Shown in pieces: positions 1 through 8,469 of a stretch of 64,000 bases of DNA. A program made the position numbers and the translations under genes. How positions within the stretch are numbered: the first letter of the stretch is position 1; every line of letters starts with the position of its first letter. A model generated the notes under the pieces. That model was not told where the DNA came from, did not search any database, and worked only from the letters and a program-made list of their open reading frames with translations. Source of the DNA: an uncultured Planctomycetia bacterium (GTDB lineage: Bacteria; Omnitrophota; Gorgyraeia; Duberdicusellales; 4484-171). The stretch spans positions 608 through 64,607 of the forward strand of contig CAZHYN010000002.1 of the NCBI GenBank assembly GCA_964536865.1, written 5' to 3'.

Positions 1-365
1 AGCTCTTCTTTATTCTTAAACATCCTATGAAGTTTTAACCCATAAGCAATATTCTCAAATATAGATTTAGGGAAAGGGTTGGGCATCTGAAATACCATTC
101 CTATTCTTTTTCTCAAAAACGTCTCATCAATATCATAGATATTCTGGCCATCCAATAAAATTGCACCCTTTACTTTTGCTTCAGGTATTATATCCAGCAT
201 TCTATTTATTGATTTTATAAGTGTGGATTTACCACAGCCTGAAGGACCAATAATTGCTGTAACTTTGTTTTTCTCAACATCAAGATTTACATTTTTTATT
301 ACCTGCATATCTTGATACCAGATATTTAAATTGTGAATAGAAATTTTAATTTTTTTACTGTTCAT
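1..365 (-). CDS. pstB: phosphate ABC transporter ATP-binding protein PstB, partial (C-terminal part runs off the left window edge)
   Basis: The minus-strand translation from 365 reads MNSKKIKISIHNLNIWYQDMQVIKNVNLDVEKNKVTAIIGPSGCGKSTL..., which contains a Walker A motif. Its ATG overlaps the pstA stop (ATGA). It is the last gene of a pstSCAB run. Confidence 0.85.
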   Translation of the reverse strand, partial: MNSKKIKISIHNLNIWYQDMQVIKNVNLDVEKNKVTAIIGPSGCGKSTLIKSINRMLDIIPEAKVKGAILLDGQNIYDIDETFLRKRIGMVFQMPNPFPKSIFENIAYGLKLHRMFKNKEE

Positions 366-1210
366 TTCCTCTTCCTTGCTCTTTTACGTATAACAATAGC
401 AAGCAAATCTATACCCAAAACTAAAAAGAGTAAGACTAAAGCTGTTCCATAAGCAATAGGCACCTGAGTTTCAGGATGTGTTCCTTCAGTCATTAAAGCA
501 TAAATATGATAAGGAAGTGCCTGAACTTCACTAAAGATTGAGGTGGGAAGTTTTGCTGAATAGAATGTAACTGCAGTAAAAAGTATAGGGGCAGTTTCTC
601 CTGCAGCTCTTCCGATACCTAATATTGAACCGGTCAATATCCCTGGGATAGCATTGGGCAAAACAATTCGGTAAATAGTCTGCCATTTGGTTGCTCCTAA
701 AGCTAAGGAAGCTTCTCTCAAAGAGTTTGGAACAGCCAATATCGCCTCTTCAGAAGCGCGAATAATTACAGGCAGAATCAATATTCCCAAAGTAAGTCCT
801 CCTGATAAAATTGACACACCAAAACCAAAGTATTTAACAAAAACTGCTAATCCAAAAAGCCCAAATACTATAGAAGGGACGCCAGCAAGATTGTTTATTC
901 CAATGCGAACTATCCTTACCAGCCTTCCTTGCCTTGCATACTCTACAAGATATATTGCTGCCGCCACCCCCAAAGGCAAAGCAAAGCAAATTGCACAGAG
1001 AGTCAAATAAAATGTCCCCAAAATTGCAGGAAAGATTCCCCCAGAAGTCATTCCTTCGCAAGGCTTGTGGGTTAAAAATTGCCAGTTTATTACTTTTATT
1101 CCCCTGATGATGATAAAGTAAAGAATAATAAAAAGGGCAGAAAGTATTAAAAAAGTAGCCAATCTTAATATTGCAAAGCCTACAAATTCTTTAACCTTTC
1201 TGAAATTCAT
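362..1210 (-). CDS. pstA: phosphate ABC transporter permease PstA
   Basis: 282-aa polytopic protein with the ABC permease EAA-like loop (SLREASLALGATKWQTIYRIVLP). It lies between pstC and pstB. Confidence 0.85.
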   Translation of the reverse strand: MNFRKVKEFVGFAILRLATFLILSALFIILYFIIIRGIKVINWQFLTHKPCEGMTSGGIFPAILGTFYLTLCAICFALPLGVAAAIYLVEYARQGRLVRIVRIGINNLAGVPSIVFGLFGLAVFVKYFGFGVSILSGGLTLGILILPVIIRASEEAILAVPNSLREASLALGATKWQTIYRIVLPNAIPGILTGSILGIGRAAGETAPILFTAVTFYSAKLPTSIFSEVQALPYHIYALMTEGTHPETQVPIAYGTALVLLFLVLGIDLLAIVIRKRARKRK

Positions 1211-2085
1211 CCCAATCTTTTTCTAAATCTTTGAGATAAAATATCAGCAAGAATATTAAAACTTAAAGTAATTACAAAAAGGACTATAGCAATAGCAAAA
1301 AGGGCATAAAAATGTGTGCTTCCTGCAACTGCCTCTCCCATCTCAGCAGCAATAGTAGCTGTCATAGTTCGCACAGGCTCAAAAAAAGAATGTGGAATAA
1401 CCGCCGCGCCTCCTGCAACCATTAATACTGTCATTGTCTCACCATAAACTCTTGCCATACCCAGAATAACAGCTGTAGTTATCCCTCCTCCTGCGGCAGG
1501 AAGAATTACCCTAAGTATAGTCTCCCACTTATTTGCCCCCAAAGCATAAGAAGCTTCTTTAAATTTTTTGGGGACTGCTGAAATTGCATCTTCAGAGATA
1601 CTTGTAATAGTAGGAATTGCCATAATACCCAAAATTAAAGAAGCTGTAAAAGCATTTAATCCTACAGCTAAATTAAAAATTTTTGCTACCTGAGGCGCCA
1701 CAATTACCATCCCGAAAAATCCATAAACTACAGAAGGAATACCTGCAAGAAGTTCAATTACTGGTTTTATAAATTCCTTAATTTTGGGAGAGGCTACCTC
1801 TGAAATATAAATGGCACCTGCTACGCCTAAAGGCACAGAAATAACTAATGCTCCAAATGTAACTAAGAAAGACCCTAAAATGAGAGGCAATATCCCAAAC
1901 TCAGGAGGTTCATAGGTAGGATACCAGAATTTGCCAAATAGAAATTCTTTAAGAGAAGTAACTTTAAAAATTGGCAGCCCTTCTTTAAACAAAACCATAA
2001 CAATCCCTAAAAGAAAGAAAATAGAAAGTGAAGCAGGTAGACAAAAAAATCCTTTAATTAAATTTTCTTTTTGTGTTCTCTTCAT
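1207..2085 (-). CDS. pstC: phosphate ABC transporter permease PstC
   Basis: 292-aa permease (ISEDAISAVPKKFKEASYALGANKWETI). It follows pstS with a 4-bp overlap into pstA. Confidence 0.85.
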   Translation of the reverse strand: MKRTQKENLIKGFFCLPASLSIFFLLGIVMVLFKEGLPIFKVTSLKEFLFGKFWYPTYEPPEFGILPLILGSFLVTFGALVISVPLGVAGAIYISEVASPKIKEFIKPVIELLAGIPSVVYGFFGMVIVAPQVAKIFNLAVGLNAFTASLILGIMAIPTITSISEDAISAVPKKFKEASYALGANKWETILRVILPAAGGGITTAVILGMARVYGETMTVLMVAGGAAVIPHSFFEPVRTMTATIAAEMGEAVAGSTHFYALFAIAIVLFVITLSFNILADILSQRFRKRLG

Positions 2086-2087
2086 AC

Positions 2088-2906
2088 TTACTTTAAAGGG
2101 ACAAAACCCTGCTCTTTAACTATCCTCTGCCCCTCTTTGCTTAAAACAAAACCAACAAAATCCTTAGCTAATCCTTTTGGCTTACCATTGGTGTACATAA
2201 ATAACGGTCTTGAAATAGGATATGTGCCTTTTAATACAGTATCTTCTGAAGGCAAAATCCCCTCAATTTTTAAAGCTTTAACTTCTGAACTCAAATACCC
2301 TAAACCCACATAACCAATAGCACCTTTTGTGCGTTTAATTGTTGAAGCAACTGCTGCATTTGAAGCCTGAAGCAGAGCATCTGGACGCACACGCTGCTTT
2401 TTTAAAACTAACTTGTTAAAGCACTCAAATGTTCCTGAGGCAACATCTCGTGAGATAACAACTATTTTTTGATTTTTTCCTCCGAGCTCGCCCCAGTTAG
2501 ATATTTTGCCGGTATAAATCTCTTTAAGTTGGCTGAGTGTAAGTTCATTAACTGGATTTGAAGGATGAACAATTACTGCAATCCCATCCATAGCTATAAC
2601 ATAGGCAACAGGGTCAACCCCTCTTTCTACAGCTTTTTTGATTTCCTTATCCTTTATCGGCCGGGAAGAGGTAGCAACATCACATATCCCATCAATTAAA
2701 GCAGCAATACCTACTCCTGAACCTCCGCCACGCACTGAAATGTTTGCTTCTGGATATTTCTGCATAAATACTTCTGCACATTTTTGAGCAATAGGCAAAA
2801 CTGTAGTCGATCCCTGAATAACAAGTTTCTTTTCTGCATGGACAGAAGCTATTTTTAAACTCAGAGTAAAAGCCAACGCTACAATTACTAAAATTACTCT
2901 TTTCAT
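2088..2906 (-). CDS. pstS: phosphate-binding periplasmic protein PstS
   Basis: 272 aa with a signal peptide. It has the PBP superfamily fold motifs (GSTTV, RGGGSGVG, ISRDVASGT) characteristic of PstS/PBP. Confidence 0.85.
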   Translation of the reverse strand: MKRVILVIVALAFTLSLKIASVHAEKKLVIQGSTTVLPIAQKCAEVFMQKYPEANISVRGGGSGVGIAALIDGICDVATSSRPIKDKEIKKAVERGVDPVAYVIAMDGIAVIVHPSNPVNELTLSQLKEIYTGKISNWGELGGKNQKIVVISRDVASGTFECFNKLVLKKQRVRPDALLQASNAAVASTIKRTKGAIGYVGLGYLSSEVKALKIEGILPSEDTVLKGTYPISRPLFMYTNGKPKGLAKDFVGFVLSKEGQRIVKEQGFVPLK

Positions 2907-2921
2907 CTTTACACCTCCTCT

Positions 2922-4154
2922 TTAAAATTTAATTTTCCAGTCAACCTGTAAAAGATGCCTTCGGCCAGTTCCTTTAATTCTCTCCATATAGTAATAATCA
3001 ATGCCTAAAGCTACATTTTTTCCTATCCCATAAGTAAACGTAACTTCATGCCCTTTTACATCAGTATGACCACTGTAAGCATCTGAATCAGGGAATATAT
3101 CAATCCAGGCATCCTTCTCTAAGTGTCTATACATATATTTTGCCTGCCACCTGCCTCTTTTTATCTTTTCAGCTCCAAACTTAATACCAAAAAGATACCC
3201 GTTATTTTCCTCTGAAGGGTCTGGGTTGTGCACATAATCACCAAATACAGCTAAATAAGGAATCAAACCGCCAAAAGGTTTCCTAAATCCTATCTCGATA
3301 CTGGGAGCAATAGAATTGTAATTGTATTTTAACAGACCTTTTTCTAATGTATTGTATTTCCCGCTCTCATCGTCTCCGTTAGTCAGAGTAGCTCCTTTCA
3401 CATTATCAAAGATATAACCGGCAACAGCCATCTTAATGTGAGTTCTCTCATCGAATTTGTACTTAAACCCGGGCTGAATTACCCACATAAACGGATCTGA
3501 GGCATCACTAGAACTCTCATCTAATACCCAAAACCCGGTATTCATAAACAAATCGCAGTTATTCATCCTCTTGCTTAATAAAAGTGAGCCACCTTCAGGG
3601 TTTATATCAGAATCCCAGAGAAGGTCAGATGGCCTGAATATTAATTTCTTGATACTTTTTATCTTGCCTGCTTTCAAAGTTAACCAGGGCGTTGCCATCC
3701 ATTCTGCATAAGCATAATCTAATCTGATATCAGGTGTTGAAAATCCATCACACATAGTCTGGTTAGTTGAACGAGCATCATCACCACCTGTAGCAAGTCC
3801 TGCTGCTACTTTTATTGTTTTGTTTACTTTTGTCTCCAATCCTAATCTGAACCTGTAACGACCTCTGTGTCTATCAGAGGCATCGTGTTTATCTTCCCAT
3901 TGATAGCGCAATCTTAAATCACCTTTAATTCTAGTATTCTGAATCCATCTGGGTAGACCTTCTAATTCTCCTTTAGCCAAATCTTTTCTTACTCCCTCTT
4001 TCGTCTCTATTAAAATAGTCCGTGCCTCACCCGGAGAAAGAATTCCTTTTTCTACCAATTTTTCTACCAGAATATCAATCTCACCACTGTAAGCTAAACT
4101 TGGTATAAGTAAAAGCCATGCAAAAACCAGACAAACAATTTCTTTTGACAACAT
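2922..4154 (-). CDS. outer-membrane beta-barrel protein, putative phosphate-selective porin (OprO/OprP-like)
   Basis: 410 aa with an N-terminal signal peptide, alternating beta-strand-like segments and a C-terminal aromatic residue (..WKIKF), as is typical of outer-membrane proteins. It sits directly upstream of pstS in the same orientation. Confidence 0.5.
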   Translation of the reverse strand: MLSKEIVCLVFAWLLLIPSLAYSGEIDILVEKLVEKGILSPGEARTILIETKEGVRKDLAKGELEGLPRWIQNTRIKGDLRLRYQWEDKHDASDRHRGRYRFRLGLETKVNKTIKVAAGLATGGDDARSTNQTMCDGFSTPDIRLDYAYAEWMATPWLTLKAGKIKSIKKLIFRPSDLLWDSDINPEGGSLLLSKRMNNCDLFMNTGFWVLDESSSDASDPFMWVIQPGFKYKFDERTHIKMAVAGYIFDNVKGATLTNGDDESGKYNTLEKGLLKYNYNSIAPSIEIGFRKPFGGLIPYLAVFGDYVHNPDPSEENNGYLFGIKFGAEKIKRGRWQAKYMYRHLEKDAWIDIFPDSDAYSGHTDVKGHEVTFTYGIGKNVALGIDYYYMERIKGTGRRHLLQVDWKIKF

Positions 4155-4177
4155 CCTTCACCTCCTTTTAATTATTT

Positions 4178-4393
4178 CTATAACCATATATTTCTATATA
4201 ATTTCCTAAATCGGTGTAGTTCCTTTTCTACTCGCTTTAAGGATTCTTCTACATAACCACCTTCGAGCCTGTCTGAGTTTTCAATCTCAGCCAATACATT
4301 CTGCAAAGTAGCAAGTTGTGAACGTAAGAAACTGGCGAAAAAATCCCTGTGCCAATCTGATATAGTTTTTATTCCCTTCTGTGTATTACTCAT
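4178..4393 (-). CDS. hypothetical small coiled-coil protein (71 aa)
   Basis: ORF between the porin gene and the sigma-region-4 mini-ORF. It is helical and charged, with no recognisable motif. Confidence 0.3.
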   Translation of the reverse strand: MSNTQKGIKTISDWHRDFFASFLRSQLATLQNVLAEIENSDRLEGGYVEESLKRVEKELHRFRKLYRNIWL

Positions 4394-4417
4394 TTTGTCT
4401 CCTTTTGCTTTTTGTTT

Positions 4418-4603
4418 TTATACACTTAATCTATTAACTGCATATAAATTTTCTGTTAATTTTTGGTTAATTTTCATCTTTCTTAAAAGTAATTGTTTGA
4501 CCTGCCTCATTCTTTCTCTGCGAATCCTCAATTCCTTAGCTATTTGAGATTTGAAAGCAACCGATTCAACCAAAGGCAAATAATTCTGATACAACTTTTC
4601 CAT
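4418..4603 (-). CDS. stand-alone sigma-70 region 4 (HTH) domain mini-protein, or a sigma-factor gene remnant
   Basis: The 61-aa product contains SQIAKELRIRRERMRQVKQLLLRKMK. This matches the sigma-70 region 4.2 consensus (e.g. RpoD [26 protein letters not shown]). No regions 1-3 are present upstream. Confidence 0.4.
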   Translation of the reverse strand: MEKLYQNYLPLVESVAFKSQIAKELRIRRERMRQVKQLLLRKMKINQKLTENLYAVNRLSV

Positions 4604-4664
4604 TTTTCTTTTAGATTTTAGAAAACAGGTGTTAAAGGAGTATAAAGGAAACGTTAATTTTTGG

Positions 4665-6392
4665 TTAAGAAAGGTAGGCAGGGAAAGTAATTGTGAATTC
4701 TGTTCCTTTGTCAGGTATGCTTTTTACATCTATTCTTCCATTGTGTAAAAGCACGATGTGTTTGACAATGGAAAGTCCCAAGCCTGTGCCACCAAGTTTT
4801 TTAGAACGGGATTTATCTACTACATAAAATCTTTCAAATATCCTGTCAAGATGCTCTTCTGGTATTCCGATACCTGTGTCTTTTACCTTAACAATTATTT
4901 CTTTATCAGTTCTTTTTAACAAAATACTAATTTCTCCCTTTTCTGTATATTTAATAGCATTGTCTATCAAATTTATAAACATCTGCTCCAATTTAAAAGG
5001 GTCTCCTTTGATTACAGGCTTGCTTTCACATATTAAATTTAATTTTAAATTTTTTTCTTTTGCTTTCTGCTCAAATATTTTACATACATTTTCTGCCATC
5101 TCTTCCAAATTCATCTTTTCTTTTATCTGGGTTAATCCCTTCTCTTCCAATTCTGAAAGTAAAAGTAAATCACTGACAATATTTATAAGGCGTTCGGTAT
5201 GTTTTTTGATAATATCTAAATAGTGTTTTGAGCTACCTTTTATCTCCTCTTCTAAAGTCTCGACATATCCTTTTATAGCTGTTAAAGGAGTTCTTAATTC
5301 ATGAGAAACATTTACCACAAAGTCTTTCTTTATTTTTTCCAGTTTCCTAAATTCAGTAATATCATGCAAAACAATTATTAACTCTTCTTTAGAAGGCACA
5401 AAAACAAAACTGCACAGGAATACTTTTTCGTTCAACTCTAACTCTTGAGAAGAGATTCTTTTCTCTTCTTTTGCCTTCTCTATCAATTGAGCTATAGTGG
5501 GATTCCTTAAAACCTCCCACCAGAATTTTCCCTCAGGATTTATTTGAACAATTTTTTTAAAACTTTCATTAAAAAGAATAATCCTGCCTTTTTTATCTAA
5601 AACCAAAAGCCCTTCTTCAAGGGAAGTGATAATACTATTTAATTCTTCTTGTTTTAAGGTTAAGTTATCAAATAGACGCTTTAGTTCTTCAGACATTCTA
5701 TTGAAACTTTCTGCCAGTTCTCCTATTTCACCCTTTCTTTTAAAACTTACTCTTGCAGAAAAATCGCCATCAGCTAATTTTTTAGATGCTGAAACTAACT
5801 CTTTTAAAGGATAAGACAAATTCTTTGAAAAAAAGAAAGCCCCTAATAGAGAAAGAAAAGTCATAAAAATTACTATCCCAAAGATTCTGTTTTTTAAGTT
5901 ATTAAGCAATTTATTTATATCTTTCAAAAACAGGCTCACCCTCAAAACACCTAAAAACTTTTCTTTTGATTTAACAGGTATTGCCACATATAGCATCTCT
6001 TCTTTTACTGTAGTGCTAAAGCGTAAAGATTTGCCAAGACCTTTTATTTTAGCTTGCTTAACTTCCGGCCTATCATTGTGGTTTTCCATAAGATGTGGGT
6101 CTTTTTCGGAATCTGCTAAAACTTTTCCTGAAGGAGCAATAATTGTAATTCTTGTTTTTATATTTTTGCCTATTTCTTTTACTAAGGAATCTAATCTTTT
6201 GAAATCTTTTTCTTCTATAAGAGGTAATACTTTAAGTTTAAGTGTGTAGGCTAAATTTTTAAGGCCTAAAGACAGGGTATTTATGTAATGAGACCTTATT
6301 GTTCTAAAAGAAAAGGAAAATATCAATATTGAAAGCAATAAAATAATCAAACAGAAGCTAAAAAAAAATTTAAAGAACAGAGAGTGCTTCAT
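4665..6392 (-). CDS. phoR: phosphate regulon sensor histidine kinase PhoR-like
   Basis: 575 aa. It has N-terminal transmembrane segments, a HAMP/PAS-like segment, an HisKA H-box (SHELRTPLTAIKGY) and HATPase_c motifs (NLIDNAIKYT, DTGIGIP, GGTGLGLSIV). It overlaps the phoB stop. Confidence 0.8.
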   Translation of the reverse strand: MKHSLFFKFFFSFCLIILLLSILIFSFSFRTIRSHYINTLSLGLKNLAYTLKLKVLPLIEEKDFKRLDSLVKEIGKNIKTRITIIAPSGKVLADSEKDPHLMENHNDRPEVKQAKIKGLGKSLRFSTTVKEEMLYVAIPVKSKEKFLGVLRVSLFLKDINKLLNNLKNRIFGIVIFMTFLSLLGAFFFSKNLSYPLKELVSASKKLADGDFSARVSFKRKGEIGELAESFNRMSEELKRLFDNLTLKQEELNSIITSLEEGLLVLDKKGRIILFNESFKKIVQINPEGKFWWEVLRNPTIAQLIEKAKEEKRISSQELELNEKVFLCSFVFVPSKEELIIVLHDITEFRKLEKIKKDFVVNVSHELRTPLTAIKGYVETLEEEIKGSSKHYLDIIKKHTERLINIVSDLLLLSELEEKGLTQIKEKMNLEEMAENVCKIFEQKAKEKNLKLNLICESKPVIKGDPFKLEQMFINLIDNAIKYTEKGEISILLKRTDKEIIVKVKDTGIGIPEEHLDRIFERFYVVDKSRSKKLGGTGLGLSIVKHIVLLHNGRIDVKSIPDKGTEFTITFPAYLS

Positions 6393-7066
6393 TCTTCTAT
6401 TTTGTAACCTATACCTCTTACATTTTTAATAAATTTTGAAGCTTTGCCTAACTTTTCTCTTAAATTTTTAATATGGACATCTATGGTTCTGTCCAAAACC
6501 GCTTTATCATGTCCCCATAAATGGTTTAGAATCTGGTCTCTTGTAAATACCCAGCCTTTTTTAGAAGCCAAGATTTTTAAAATTCTGAATTCAGTTGGGG
6601 TTAAATCTATTTTTTTATTTTCTACAAAGACCTGGAATTTATTAAGATCTATTAAGAGAATATCGCCTATTTTGATCTTTTTGCCAGAATCTTGTGTTTT
6701 TCTTCTTAAAACTGCTTTTACCCTGGCAACTAATTCTCTTGGGGAAAAAGGTTTTGTTACATAATCGTCTGCTCCTAACTCTAAACCTAAAACTTTATCT
6801 GCTTCATCAGCACGAGCAGTAAGCATAATAACAGGAATAAATTTAAAATCCTCTTTTGATTTTAAATATTTGCAAATTTCAATACCATCTGAATCGGGAA
6901 GCATAAGGTCTAAGATTATAAGGTCAGGCATTTTGGAAGATAAGAATTTAAAGAAGCTTTCTGCATTTAGGAATTCTTTAACTTTAAAACCAGATTTAGT
7001 AAGGTGCAAAGATACAAGCTCTAAAATATCAGGTTCATCATCTATTACTGCTATCAATTCATTCAT
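6389..7066 (-). CDS. phoB: OmpR/PhoB-family response regulator
   Basis: 225 aa. It has a receiver domain (VIDDEPDILEL..LDLMLPDSDG) and a C-terminal winged-helix domain (LTPTEFRILKIL...RTIDVHIKNLREKL). Confidence 0.85.
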   Translation of the reverse strand: MNELIAVIDDEPDILELVSLHLTKSGFKVKEFLNAESFFKFLSSKMPDLIILDLMLPDSDGIEICKYLKSKEDFKFIPVIMLTARADEADKVLGLELGADDYVTKPFSPRELVARVKAVLRRKTQDSGKKIKIGDILLIDLNKFQVFVENKKIDLTPTEFRILKILASKKGWVFTRDQILNHLWGHDKAVLDRTIDVHIKNLREKLGKASKFIKNVRGIGYKIEE

Positions 7067-7111
7067 CTTTTGAAGTTAAAATCATTCCATATAAAAATTC
7101 AAACAATTTTT

Positions 7112-7139
7112 GATAACATCATATAATTTTAGATAACAT
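7112..7139. promoter_or_regulatory. candidate operator: direct repeat GATAACAT x2 with 20-bp periodicity, 45-70 bp upstream of phoB
   Basis: GATAACAT occurs at 7112-7119 and 7132-7139. The copies are on the same helical face and flank a TATAAT-like hexamer (7123-7128). Location only; the site is weakly Pho-box-like. Confidence 0.25.
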
Positions 7140-7254
7140 TTGTCAATCTCGCGTTCCTTAGAACGCATAGCCGATTTATCCACAAACATTTGTGAAGATG
7201 TAATATTCATAACAGAAGGCAAAATTATAAAACATCACAAAGATGAAAGTTAAG

Positions 7255-7700
7255 GTGATGGGCGGGGATAGGTTTCTTTTTGTTCCGATGGCAATCTGGA
7301 ACATAGGCTAATATAGACAGGTGCTTGAGGAGGGGTTTTGTTAACCTTACCTATTCTTTAAAATATTTCTCTTAAAAGATTTAAAATTGGTAAGCCAGTC
7401 AGCAAAAAAATAAAAATTTCTATTTTCCCTATTCTTTAATTACAAAAATTCTTTTCTGCCGAAAGGCAGACAAACCCCTATATAAGATGAGTTTTTAAGA
7501 GAAGATTCTTTTAATTAAAGCCTCCTCAAAGCAAGTGCTTGAGGAAGCTATCCAAAAGGGAAACAAACTTCCCGACGAAATGTCGGGATAAACTCCGCGC
7601 AGAAGTCCGCCTGTCCCGATGAGCAATAGCGACATCGGGAAGCACCGACTTGTCCGCCTCTGGAGGAGACTGCGGGGTGGGTGGGGAATTAAATCCTTTT
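7255..7700. ncRNA. GC-rich structured-RNA-like island of unknown class
   Basis: The island has local GC content far above the surrounding sequence. Hairpins are CCCGACGAAATGTCGGG (7571-7587), CCCGATG..CATCGGG (7615-7639) and a GAAA-tetraloop hairpin TCTGCCGAAAGGCAGA (about 7455-7470). There is long-range complementarity between TTGAGGAGG (about 7325) and CCTCCTCAA (about 7521). No conserved motif of RNase P, tmRNA, SRP or 6S RNA was recognised. Confidence 0.35.
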
Positions 7701-8099
7701 TACTTAATATTCTTTTTCTTACATTTATGGATTGTGTTAGGCAGGATTATTGGGATGATAAAGGTTGGTTCTTCTTCAGATGGGGAGCCATTATTATTAC
7801 TACAAACTAAGTTTTTGGGACTTTCTGAATATAAATCTCTCTTTAAATTATTCCATTCCCACTCATCCCAACTATTTAAATCAGAAGAATCTTGAAGTGT
7901 AAAATTCCTTGAAAAATAAAGATTTATCTGGATGTTTTCTTTTGAGTAGATTATTTCTTTGATGAATTTTTTAATGAAAAGATTCTTTTCAATTCCTTTC
8001 TTTTGAGGGAGGGTTTTTTAATACCAATTTTGTTAATAATGCATAAACTAATGCAAGAAGCTTTTATTAAGTTAAGGGGGTGTCTACAGTGATTTTAAG

Positions 8100-8372
8100 C
8101 TAAATCTTTCCCAGAAACATCAATATCCCTATTATCACAAAGAGTATCGCACCAGCATACCGTATTAGTTCTGGTTTAAGATACTCCCCTAGAGCCGCTC
8201 CAATCAAAACTGAAAGAGCTGTTACTACCATATATGCAGAAACCGAACCTAGCCATACAGCGAAGGGCTTACCTGATTTTGCAGACATACCTATTCCAAC
8301 TAATTGAGTTTTATCGGCAAGTTCTGCCAAAAATATTGCTCCAAATGTTACTAGGAATATTTTCCAATACAT
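8100..8372 (-). CDS. UPF0016 (GDT1/TMEM165/MneA-like) family membrane protein, single-domain half-size form
   Basis: 90 aa with 3 predicted transmembrane segments. The family signature E-x-G-D-K-T is present as ELADKTQ in the first transmembrane segment. Confidence 0.7.
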   Translation of the reverse strand: MYWKIFLVTFGAIFLAELADKTQLVGIGMSAKSGKPFAVWLGSVSAYMVVTALSVLIGAALGEYLKPELIRYAGAILFVIIGILMFLGKI

Positions 8373-8469
8373 TAAACCCTCATTGTTTTTCTTTGCTTAA
8401 AAACTCATTCCGTCGATAAATTCAAAATAGTAAGTGACTAAATTACCCGATAGATTTAGTGGTAGTCTC

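Noticed and set aside
687-1010. Many short antisense or internal ORFs from the six-frame track (e.g. 687..1010, 834..1061, 1931..2119, 4876..5223, 6013..6249, 25821..26204, 26369..26740, 56077..56659, 59834..60205)
   Set aside because: Each is wholly embedded in or antisense to a well-supported gene with clear family motifs, and none has motifs of its own. They are treated as spurious.
7255-7700. RNase P RNA or tmRNA identity for the GC-rich island
   Set aside because: There are weak resemblances only (AGAAGUCCGCC versus the P4 GAAAGUCCGGGC). No CR-II/III (GGUGCGGUAAGAGCGCACC) or CR-V are present, and there is no tmRNA tag reading frame or tRNA-like 3' end.
7619-7895. Two overlapping plus-strand ORFs (63 and 81 aa) in the phoB-upstream gap
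   Set aside because: They lie on the GC-rich hairpin island, have odd composition (Trp/Arg/Gly-rich from G-runs) and no motifs. They are more likely non-coding structured sequence.
8373-8469. yybP-ykoY Mn riboswitch in the UPF0016 leader
   Set aside because: I could not recognise the conserved motifs by eye, and the leader is short. It is kept only as a low-priority check in the findings.
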